This document shows, piece after piece, positions 54,332 through 62,221 of a DNA stretch of 62,221 nucleotides (position 1 is its first letter; each line of letters starts with the position of its first letter). Source of the DNA: Clostridia bacterium (GTDB taxonomy: Bacteria; Bacillota; Clostridia; UMGS1883; UMGS1540); contig JAZNQL010000019.1 of assembly GCA_045590155.1 (NCBI GenBank), positions 1 to 62,221 of the forward strand, given 5' to 3'. Both the position numbers and the translations under genes were made by a program. Below the pieces are notes generated by a model. That model was given only the letters and a program-made list of their open reading frames with translations, was not told where the DNA came from and did no database searches.

Positions 54332-55063
54332 TTATTCTTCATCAAAGCTTTTAGGACTCATTACAAAAAATACTTTGTTGCCAACGCTTCCTGTTACCAT
54401 TTCTTCTGCTTCAACACAGATGTTCCAACGAAGATCTGCATTTTTCTTTAAGTTCGAAATAAAGCTCTGAACATTTTTGGAATCTTCAAGCTCGAATATA
54501 TAGCCTACAAAAGGTATGGAGCCTATCATAGGACCAAACATTGCACCTGATTTAAAGTCGTGTATTTCTTCTTTAAACCCGGCAAGGTATCCCGGTTCTA
54601 TGGGCGATGCTCCTGCCATAAAGGGAAGCAGTGAGCTTTGTGCCATTGAATCAGCTATACTTTGTGCGCTTGCAGATGCAGTTGCTTTTGTTTTAAATTC
54701 TTCCAAAAGAGCTGTTCCTGCGGTTTTTGGTTCTGCGGGTTTATCCGCTGGTTTGTCTGCGGGTTTTTCTTCGCTGGGCTTATCTGCAGGCTTGTCTGCG
54801 GGTTTATCCGCAGGTTTGTCTGCAGGCTTGTCTGCGGGTTTATCTGCGGGTTTGTCTGCAGGCTTGTCTGCAGGTTTGTCTACGGGGTTATCTGCAGGTT
54901 TGTCTGCAGGTTTGTCTTCCGGATCTGTATTTTCCTGATTTTCTGGTACGTTTGTTTGTTGGTTTGCAGGGACGTCGTTTGTTACGTCTTCTGCGTTATT
55001 TCCGCAAGCGGTAAATGCAAAAAGCAAGCTTACTGCCAAAAGAATTGCTAATATCTTTTTCAT
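54332..55063 (-). CDS. Lipoprotein with PADK-repeat linker and small C-terminal domain
   Basis: Lipobox FTAC; (PADK)n; C-terminal domain with RWNICVEAE. Confidence 0.85.
   Translation of the reverse strand: MKKILAILLAVSLLFAFTACGNNAEDVTNDVPANQQTNVPENQENTDPEDKPADKPADNPVDKPADKPADKPADKPADKPADKPADKPADKPADKPSEEKPADKPADKPAEPKTAGTALLEEFKTKATASASAQSIADSMAQSSLLPFMAGASPIEPGYLAGFKEEIHDFKSGAMFGPMIGSIPFVGYIFELEDSKNVQSFISNLKKNADLRWNICVEAEEMVTGSVGNKVFFVMSPKSFDEE
54752..54922 (-). repeat. 12-nt coding tandem repeat (about 13 PxD(K/N) units)
   Basis: CC(T/C)GC(A/G)GA(C/T)AA(A/G) units with synonymous variation. Confidence 0.95.
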
Positions 55064-55082
55064 ATTTTTTCTCCTTTTTATG

Positions 55083-56267
55083 TTAAAATTTTCTCCATAC
55101 CATTTTATTTACAACACCTGTATAGGATTGTATTATTTTACAAACCTTTGTAGAAACATTTTCTTCCACATAGTCGGGTACGGGGATTCCGTCATCTTTA
55201 TTTTCTGTCATAGCGATAGCTGTTTCTACCGATTGAAGAAGTGACACTTCATCAATTCCCGCCAAAATAAAGCAAGCTTTGTCAAGTGCTTCGGGGCGTT
55301 CGGTTGATGTTCTTATACAAATTGCGGGGAAGGGTGCCCCTATGCTTGTAAAAAAGCTTGACTCTTCGGGCAGAGTTCCGCTGTCGGAAACTACACAAAA
55401 TGCGTTCATCTGCAGGTTGTTATAATCGTGGAAACCCAAAGGCTCGTGCTGAATTACTCTTTTATCTAACTTGAATCCGCTTTCTTCAAGACGTTTTTTA
55501 GAGCGGGGATGGCAGGAATAAAGAATGGGCATATCATATTTTTCTGCCATTTTGTTTATCGCCGTAAAAAGACTTATAAAGTTTTTCTCGGTATCGATAT
55601 TTTCTTCTCTGTGAGCAGATAAAAGAATGTATTTTTTCTTTTCAAGTCCAAGTTTTTTGAGTATATCGCTTGCCTTTATGTCTTCAAGATTCTGGTGCAA
55701 AACCTCTGCCATAGGCGAACCTGTAACGTAGGTGCGCTCTTTGGGGAGTCCACACTCGTGCAGATATTTGCGCGCGTGCTCGGAATAAGCAAGGTTTACA
55801 TCCGAAATAATGTCAACTATTCTGCGGTTGGTTTCCTCGGGCAGGCATTCATCCTTGCAACGGTTGCCCGCTTCCATATGGAATATGGGAATATGAAGGC
55901 GCTTTGCTGATATTGCCGAAAGACACGAGTTTGTGTCGCCCAGGATAAGCAGAGCGTCTGGCTTTATCTGATTCATAAGCTTATATGAACAGTTTATAAT
56001 ATTGCCCACAGTTTCGCCCAAATCGTCGCCCACTGCGTCCATATAAACATCGGGCGCGTCAAGCTTTAAATCGGAAAAGAAAACTCCGTTTAATGTGTAG
56101 TCATAATTTTGGCCTGTGTGTGCTAAAACGCAATCAAAATACTGACGGCACTTTTTTATCACTGCCGCAAGACGGATTATTTCAGGTCTTGTACCTACAA
56201 TAATTAGAAGCTTAAGCTTTCCGTTTTCTTTAAAACTTACATCGGAATAATCTGTTTTGATATTCAT
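55083..56267 (-). CDS. Non-hydrolysing UDP-N-acetylhexosamine 2-epimerase (WecB family, FnlC/Cap5G-like)
   Basis: GTRPEIIRL, HTGQNYD, LGDTNS, HMEAGNR, PEETNR, DSGTLPEE and TERPE motifs. Confidence 0.88.
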   Translation of the reverse strand: MNIKTDYSDVSFKENGKLKLLIIVGTRPEIIRLAAVIKKCRQYFDCVLAHTGQNYDYTLNGVFFSDLKLDAPDVYMDAVGDDLGETVGNIINCSYKLMNQIKPDALLILGDTNSCLSAISAKRLHIPIFHMEAGNRCKDECLPEETNRRIVDIISDVNLAYSEHARKYLHECGLPKERTYVTGSPMAEVLHQNLEDIKASDILKKLGLEKKKYILLSAHREENIDTEKNFISLFTAINKMAEKYDMPILYSCHPRSKKRLEESGFKLDKRVIQHEPLGFHDYNNLQMNAFCVVSDSGTLPEESSFFTSIGAPFPAICIRTSTERPEALDKACFILAGIDEVSLLQSVETAIAMTENKDDGIPVPDYVEENVSTKVCKIIQSYTGVVNKMVWRKF

Positions 56268-56285
56268 AAAAAACTCCTTTAAAGT

Positions 56286-57449
56286 TTATTTTAATCCTAT
56301 ATCTTTTAAAAGTTCTTCTACCTTATTGGTTTTTTCGCTGGTAATGTTTTTGTTTGCCCTCACTTCTGAAACTGAATGGGCAAGCCTTCCTTTAAAAACT
56401 GTTTCAACCCATCTTACTGCCCAGTAAACAGGTGTAAGATATTTTCGGTTTTCAAGTTTTTTATATCTTAAAATCAACATTTCGTAGGGCATAAATATTC
56501 TGTTTATAATATTTTTGAGTTTGCCTCCCGCATTTATATTATTTACGGTTACCCTTTGCTCCGTAGTGCCGTACACACCTCCCGCCAAAATATATTCTTC
56601 CATTTTAGCGGTGTTTTCGGTGTGGTCTTTTCCTTCAAACCATACTTCCTCAAGTAAAAATGCGTTTTGTGCAAAACGTTCTATGTTGCACTCTTGACAA
56701 TGCTGCATAACAATTTCTTTATCAAAGCCCATTTTGTTTTTAAGAATATACAGGTCTAAAAAAGGTTTTATACCGCAACCGCCTCTTAAAAAGTGGTAGG
56801 ATATATGAGCCAGAATATGAAATACTAAAAATTCATTTGTCTGCCTGTACTCAAATGAAGATTCATTTAAAGGGAAACTGTATTCCCATACTTTATCGAG
56901 CAGAGAATCTATATTTTCTTTACTTTCTTTAATGTTAAAGTGCAGTTCTAAATGCACTTCGTTTTGCATGAAAAGCGAAATATCGTGAAAATTCTTTTTG
57001 CCTCTCACTTCCCAGCCTGCATTCTTTAATGACTGCACGGCACGGTCAATCTCTTCTTCGTGCACTAAAATATCAATGTCACAGCTTGTTCTCATAAAGG
57101 GTTGCGGATAAAAAGACCTGATTTTTGCCCCTTTAAGCGGAATAAAGGCAATTTTTTCGTTTTCGAATATCTTGCATATTTTTAAAAGCTCACCGTTTTG
57201 TTTTCCATAACGGTAAAGCGCTGCAAGCTGTTGTTTTTTAAAGTTTTGCAAAAGCTCGCCGTCTTTTAATAAGCCCAGTTTAGAAAGTGCAAAGCAAACT
57301 ATATTTTCAACATCGTGCTTTTTTGACAGTTCAAATAAATACGAAAGTTCTTCTGCTGTATATTCTTTTTGAAAGTTTTTTGTATCAAAATTCTCCGAAA
57401 GAGCGGATTTTAGCAAATCAAACATAAACGATATTATATTTTTATTCAC
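56286..57449 (-). CDS. Uncharacterised nucleotidyltransferase (NTP_transf_5-like)
   Basis: PLKGA, YP..MRTSCDIDILV, LELH and HF..GGCGIK..LD motifs; GTG start with RBS GGGGAG. Confidence 0.8.
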   Translation of the reverse strand: MNKNIISFMFDLLKSALSENFDTKNFQKEYTAEELSYLFELSKKHDVENIVCFALSKLGLLKDGELLQNFKKQQLAALYRYGKQNGELLKICKIFENEKIAFIPLKGAKIRSFYPQPFMRTSCDIDILVHEEEIDRAVQSLKNAGWEVRGKKNFHDISLFMQNEVHLELHFNIKESKENIDSLLDKVWEYSFPLNESSFEYRQTNEFLVFHILAHISYHFLRGGCGIKPFLDLYILKNKMGFDKEIVMQHCQECNIERFAQNAFLLEEVWFEGKDHTENTAKMEEYILAGGVYGTTEQRVTVNNINAGGKLKNIINRIFMPYEMLILRYKKLENRKYLTPVYWAVRWVETVFKGRLAHSVSEVRANKNITSEKTNKVEELLKDIGLK

Positions 57450-57536
57450 AAAACTCCCCCTTCGCCCTTCCATATTCTTTTTTATTTTATCATTAAATGC
57501 TCGTTTAGTCAAGCGTTGCTATAAATTGAGCAAAAT

Positions 57537-57564
57537 AAAAGTTTCCCCATCAGGGGAAACTTTT
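57537..57564 (-). terminator. Intrinsic terminator
   Basis: AAAAGTTTCCCC-ATCA-GGGGAAACTTTT. Confidence 0.8.
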
Positions 57565-58993
57565 AACTGTTTTGTTTTGCGATATATTCTGCGAGTGCTT
57601 TTTTGCCTGTTTCGGTTACAGGTTTTATCCATTTTTTAGACTTAAAGTGTTTTAGACACAAAAAGGCTTTTATATAATCTTCAAACAAATAACTGCATAT
57701 AAAAACTATAATAAACGGGGGTTTTAATACTATTGCCACTAAAAGGGTAAGAGGAATTGAAATGCACCACAGGCAGAAAATATCGTACTTCATTCCGTTT
57801 TTTGTGTCCCCGCCCGAACGGAAAATGCCTACAATTGAAGCATACGGAATATTTCTTACCACAAGTTCAAGTGCATAAACAACCATTATACCTCTTGCAG
57901 CAGAAAGAGTTTTTTCGGAAATTGCTCCGCCCATATTAAATATTCCTACAAGCTGATTCCTTAAAAGAATAACCGTGACGCAAATTATAACCCCAAGTGC
58001 CGTAACTACAACAAGATAACGCTTTGCGTTTTTGTAGCCTTCTTCTATTCTGCCGCTGCCTATATCCTGACCTACGGTCACACTTAAGGCACTTATAAGT
58101 CCTACAAAAAAGGCAAGTGCAATATTTTCAAAGGTACGCAAAATTGAAACTGCTGCTGAATATTCGTAACCGATATTTGAAAAAATTGCATTGTATACAA
58201 CGGTTCCAAGTCCCCATAAGGTTTCGTTCATAATAACTGGGACTGCACGTTTAAAAAACAGCTTTGCAAAAAATCTGTCAAAGCCCATAAGCTCTTTTAT
58301 GGGAGCATAAAAAATTTCGTCCTTTAAAAAGGCTGTTATTAAAAATATAATTACGGGACCTGACCATGCAGAAATTACTGTTGCAATGGCTGCACCTTGT
58401 ACTCCGAGCTTTGGAAGCCCGAAGGCTCCGAAAATAAGAGCATAGTCTAAAATTGCGTTAAGTACTGTTGTAAATATTGAAACATACATCGGGAGCTTAA
58501 CTCTCTTTGTTGTTCGCAATACCATATTTACAAGCATATTAAGCATTATTGCAGGATAAGAGAATACTGCTATTTTTAAATAGCTTACCCCTTCTGCTAA
58601 AACCATGGAATTTCTGTTAAAAACACTTATTATGGCTTTTGGGGCAAAAAATCCTGCCAGCATAAAAACAAAGCTAAACAAAAGCCCTGATACAATGGCT
58701 ATGCCGTAAGTGTTTTTGAATGAAATTTTATTCCCTTCGCCGTAAAACTGTGCAAAAAATATTGCCGCCCCAGAACATATACCAAAGGTAAGCATATTTA
58801 AAAGCCAGCTCCACTGTCCTGCCATTCCAACTGCTGCAAGACTTATATCCCCAAGCTGACCTACCATTAACGTGTCAACCAAAGTAAACGAGCTTGTTAA
58901 AAGATTCTGTACCGCTATGGGTAATGCCAGGGTAATCATTGAACTCCAGAATTTTTTATCTGAAAATAATGTTGTTACCAAGTTTTCCTCCAA
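57563..58993 (-). CDS. MATE family efflux transporter
   Basis: LALPIAVQNLL, VDTLMVGQLG, NAILDYALIFG, GAAIATVIS and GIFRSGGD motifs. Confidence 0.9.
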   Translation of the reverse strand: MEENLVTTLFSDKKFWSSMITLALPIAVQNLLTSSFTLVDTLMVGQLGDISLAAVGMAGQWSWLLNMLTFGICSGAAIFFAQFYGEGNKISFKNTYGIAIVSGLLFSFVFMLAGFFAPKAIISVFNRNSMVLAEGVSYLKIAVFSYPAIMLNMLVNMVLRTTKRVKLPMYVSIFTTVLNAILDYALIFGAFGLPKLGVQGAAIATVISAWSGPVIIFLITAFLKDEIFYAPIKELMGFDRFFAKLFFKRAVPVIMNETLWGLGTVVYNAIFSNIGYEYSAAVSILRTFENIALAFFVGLISALSVTVGQDIGSGRIEEGYKNAKRYLVVVTALGVIICVTVILLRNQLVGIFNMGGAISEKTLSAARGIMVVYALELVVRNIPYASIVGIFRSGGDTKNGMKYDIFCLWCISIPLTLLVAIVLKPPFIIVFICSYLFEDYIKAFLCLKHFKSKKWIKPVTETGKKALAEYIAKQNS

Positions 58994-59002
58994 AAAGTCA
59001 TT

Positions 59003-59437
59003 TTATTTTTTCGAAAAAATTATCCTTGTCATAGTTGTTGCAATAATTATTCCAAGTGCCAACGCCGAGGCAAGTTGCAATGTATATACCGCTTTTTCAA
59101 AGAACTTCTCTGTATTGCTTCCAAGGGCATACGCCATTGTATAGTAAAGCGAACTTCCAGGAATAAGAGGTACCAAAGACGTAACTGTAAATGCTGACGT
59201 GGGTGTTTTTAACACTCTTGCCATTATTTCTGCGTAAATAGAAACAACAAACGAAACGATAAAATAATTTATTGCATCGTTTATTCCGAATTTACAAAAC
59301 ACGCAAAATAAAAACCACGCAAGCAATCCGCCGAGGGCTACCGCCCAAAGTCTTATTCCTTTTATGTTAAATAAAATTCCAAAGCCGAGCGTTCCTATAA
59401 ATGCGGCTATAATTTGTACTACTTCATTCCATGTCAT
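59003..59437 (-). CDS. ThrE family exporter, small subunit (YjjB-like)
   Basis: GFGILFN, AEIMARVLKTP and PLIPGS motifs. Confidence 0.85.
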   Translation of the reverse strand: MTWNEVVQIIAAFIGTLGFGILFNIKGIRLWAVALGGLLAWFLFCVFCKFGINDAINYFIVSFVVSIYAEIMARVLKTPTSAFTVTSLVPLIPGSSLYYTMAYALGSNTEKFFEKAVYTLQLASALALGIIIATTMTRIIFSKK

Positions 59438-60186
59438 AACGCAAACCCTCCCAACGCAACAACAAGAAAGTATCCTGCCGCAATAGCAAGAGCGGTAATT
59501 ATAGCTTCAACCGACCTTAAAATTCCTGCTATACTGTCGCCCACAAATAAATCACGCAGGGCGTTTGTAAGACCTATTCCGGGAATAAGTGTCATAATAT
59601 TGCCTATAATAATTTTATCAACACTTGCGGCTAAACCTGATTCTACTGCTAAAAAAGCAAGCAGTGTTGCCATTGCCGAAGATATAAATTTTGAAAAAAC
59701 TTTGTTAAACGATGCTTTTCCCGAAAAATATATAACAAAGCTTACAATCACGCCCGCAAGAAATGATACAATTGTATCCTTTACAGATCCACCAAAAAAG
59801 AGGGTAAATGCAGCCGCTATTACTCCATAGCACAGTACAAGCACATAAAACGGGTACATTTTACAGTCTATTGCCTGTTGAAATTCTTTTCTTATTTCGT
59901 CCTCAGAAAGATGCTGCTCGCATATTTTTCTTGAAAGAGCATTAAGTCTGTGCAGCTTTTCGAAATCGTTATCAATAGAATTGATTCTTCTTGTCTGGGT
60001 ATATATATCTCCGTCTTTTGTATAAACAGTTGCCATCATAGAACTTGTTATTATAAAAACGTCTGTTCTTTCGGCACCGAAAGCTTTGCACATACGTTCT
60101 ACACTTTCTTCTGCTCTGTGAACTTCCGCTCCGCTCCTTAACATCTGCTCTGCTATTTCCATTGCAAGATTCAGTAACTTTTTCAT
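59434..60186 (-). CDS. ThrE family exporter, large subunit (YjjP-like)
   Basis: SGAEVHRAEES, LNALSR and LIPGIGLTNALRDL motifs. Confidence 0.88.
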   Translation of the reverse strand: MKKLLNLAMEIAEQMLRSGAEVHRAEESVERMCKAFGAERTDVFIITSSMMATVYTKDGDIYTQTRRINSIDNDFEKLHRLNALSRKICEQHLSEDEIRKEFQQAIDCKMYPFYVLVLCYGVIAAAFTLFFGGSVKDTIVSFLAGVIVSFVIYFSGKASFNKVFSKFISSAMATLLAFLAVESGLAASVDKIIIGNIMTLIPGIGLTNALRDLFVGDSIAGILRSVEAIITALAIAAGYFLVVALGGFAL

Positions 60187-60211
60187 AAATTCTCCTTTTA
60201 ATGCGCATTTG

Positions 60212-61129
60212 TCAGAAAATACTTAAATCAAGCTTTTTACTTAAAATTTCAAGTGCTTTAATCCCTGCAATGCTATTCCCTTTATTGTCGAGTGCCGGGG
60301 AATAAATTCCTATTCCCATTCTGCCCGGTACTACTGCCATAATGCCTCCGCCTACACCGCTTTTTGCCGGAATTCCTACATTTAAGGCAAACTCGCCCGA
60401 GCCATCATACATACCGCAAGTCATAAGAACAGCATTTACATATTTAGCATATTTTTTTGGAAATATCTCTTCTCCTGACTCGATATTTTTTCCTCCGTTT
60501 GCAAAAACAAATGCCATTTTTGCCAAATCAACACTTGTTGCCTTTATTGAGCAGGCTTTAAAATAACAATCTAAAACTTCCTCTGCATCTGCATCTATCA
60601 TTTTGTAAGCTTTAAGCATATAGGCAAGTGCTCTGTTTTTGTTCCCTGTTGCTTTTTCGGAAAGATATACATCCTCTGCCACCTCTAAAGAGGGATTAGA
60701 TGCTATTTTTCGTGCAAGACTTAAAAGACGGTTAAATTTTTCTTTATATGTTTTTCCTTCTATTAAGGTACAAAGAGCTATGGCTCCTGTGTTTATCATA
60801 GGATTTATGTGTTCCCTTTTTAACGCCTGGTCGCTGTAATTGAAGGCATCAAAGGGTTTCCCTGTTGACTCAACTCCCACCAAAGAACGCACGCTTTGTT
60901 CCCCGCCGTCCATTAAGGCTGCCAAAAGAATAATGGGTTTTATAACACTTTGCATTGTAAAAGTGCTTTCGTAATCGCCTGCAACGCTTATCTTATTTTT
61001 GTCAGACATAACTGCTATGCCAAATTTTTTTACATCTGCCTTTGCAAGCTCGGGAATATAATTTGCAACCTTTCCTTCTTTTGTGTAATGATAGCAATTT
61101 TCCAGAATTTCTTTCAGCATAGAGTTCAT
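60212..61129 (-). CDS. glsA: Glutaminase A
   Basis: GKVANYIPELA, QSVIK, NPMINTGAI, CGMYDGSGEF and PAKSGVGGG motifs. Confidence 0.94.
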   Translation of the reverse strand: MNSMLKEILENCYHYTKEGKVANYIPELAKADVKKFGIAVMSDKNKISVAGDYESTFTMQSVIKPIILLAALMDGGEQSVRSLVGVESTGKPFDAFNYSDQALKREHINPMINTGAIALCTLIEGKTYKEKFNRLLSLARKIASNPSLEVAEDVYLSEKATGNKNRALAYMLKAYKMIDADAEEVLDCYFKACSIKATSVDLAKMAFVFANGGKNIESGEEIFPKKYAKYVNAVLMTCGMYDGSGEFALNVGIPAKSGVGGGIMAVVPGRMGIGIYSPALDNKGNSIAGIKALEILSKKLDLSIF

Positions 61130-61156
61130 TTTTATGCCTCCTTTGCGGGTTATAGT

Positions 61157-62221
61157 TTAGCCATTATTGGTTTTGATTTTTTTGATTAAGATTATTGAAA
61201 TAAGGGATATACACACCCACGAAACAAACATGGGAGTATATCCAAAGTTTTTAATGAGGGCACCATAAATTACGCCCGAAACGCCTGCACCAAGGTATGT
61301 TGCAAAATCCATAATACCGCTTACTGATGCTACATTCCCCGTCTGTAAAAAATGTAACGGATAGATTGATAAAATTGATGTATTTATCATTGATACTGCT
61401 GCATAAATAATGCTCATAAGAAGCACTGCAGTTATTATTCCTATTCCTGAAAAACAGAGTATAAGTGCACTTACGGCACTTACAAAAAAGCCGATAAGCG
61501 ATACTGTGTTTTCTCTGTTTTTACACATTTTATATACCATAGGGTAAATAGTTCTGCCTATAAATCCGATCGCAGGTATCAAAAGTATGTAATAGGAGGA
61601 GGTGGTAAGGTCTACACAGAATTTATCGACCACATATACTGCCATCCAAAGGCTTATATTATCCTTCATAACACCGTGAAGTGTTGCCGGAATAATCATG
61701 GTAAAGACTTCTTTTTTCTTTATAAGCTCCCACATTGAAATATGTTTCTTCTCGTTTTTTTCGGTTGAAGGTTTTATGTTTTTTGTTGAAACGAACACCA
61801 AAATGCCCAAAACTACAGTTAAAATACCTGGTACAATAAATGCAAATCTTGTTCCAAACTTTGTAATAAGATATGTATTTATAATTATACTTAAAATGTT
61901 ACCCATTGCAACCGAGGTAACCATTACAGCCGTTTTTTTCTTGGCATTTTCTTCATCGTACAGGCTTGAAACTACACACAGAACCGAGCTCCAGAGCATT
62001 GACTGGGCGTACGCGTTTGTAAGCCACAGAATAAAAATCCCGATAAAAGGAGGAAAAAAACTGACAAAAATATTGCTGATACCTGCAAGGCAAAGCCCTG
62101 CTGTCAGCATTACCCATGGGGGAGTTTTGTCGCTTATGCCACCATTTATAAGTCTGCCTGCTGCATAAACCGTGGAAAATATACTGCCCAAAAGTCCTAT
62201 TTGCACAGTGTCCATAACCCC
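61157..62221 (-). CDS. MFS transporter (GlpT/UhpC-like), 5' end outside the window
   Basis: YAAGRLINGGISDK, NAYAQSMLW and SGIMDFATYLG motifs; the frame is open to the window edge. Confidence 0.82.
   Translation of the reverse strand, partial: GVMDTVQIGLLGSIFSTVYAAGRLINGGISDKTPPWVMLTAGLCLAGISNIFVSFFPPFIGIFILWLTNAYAQSMLWSSVLCVVSSLYDEENAKKKTAVMVTSVAMGNILSIIINTYLITKFGTRFAFIVPGILTVVLGILVFVSTKNIKPSTEKNEKKHISMWELIKKKEVFTMIIPATLHGVMKDNISLWMAVYVVDKFCVDLTTSSYYILLIPAIGFIGRTIYPMVYKMCKNRENTVSLIGFFVSAVSALILCFSGIGIITAVLLMSIIYAAVSMINTSILSIYPLHFLQTGNVASVSGIMDFATYLGAGVSGVIYGALIKNFGYTPMFVSWVCISLISIILIKKIKTNNG

Noticed and set aside
54752-54922. CRISPR array or intergenic VNTR
   Set aside because: In-frame 12-nt coding repeat with synonymous variation; no spacers and no cas genes.
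54516-55051. Plus-strand ORFs with (AGLS)n, (CRLV)n and (LQVC)n repeats
   Set aside because: Antisense translations of the PADK repeat.

Overview
AT-rich chromosomal window from a spore-forming Clostridia-type Firmicute, inferred from spoIIAA-spoIIAB-sigF, spoIIID, SLH proteins and Firmicute r-protein leaders. All product calls come from motifs read by eye; no database search was run. From left to right it holds: the promoters and leader of a probable rRNA operon running off the left edge; an aldolase-SDR/PHP/hprK/ROK/murB/rapZ cluster; two tandem SLH-anchored putative glycan-active paralogues; AraC/EamA, a deacetylase, a CofE-like gene and tRNA-Leu(CAG); ldhA and the spoIIA operon; spoIIID; glgB-glgP-GH13; an isolated CapD-like gene; rpmG-secE-nusG-rplKAJL; a complete aroF-tyrA-aroB-aroA-aroC-pheA-aroE/K-aroQ operon; an MBOAT/DHHW/lipoprotein acylation cluster; and MATE/ThrE/glutaminase/MFS genes. 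I found no integrase, transposase, prophage or CRISPR array. The strongest unexplained signals are non-coding. (1) A 27-aa YFYFYFSY leader peptide with alternative hairpins upstream of the aro operon, i.e. a probable ribosome-mediated Phe/Tyr attenuator. (2) A DnaA-box cluster upstream of the spoIIA promoter, away from dnaA. (3) A promoter- and terminator-bounded sRNA candidate with an anti-SD motif beside spoIIID. (4) A nusG Shine-Dalgarno sequence separated from its start codon by a hairpin. (5) A three-way-junction element after the aro operon.
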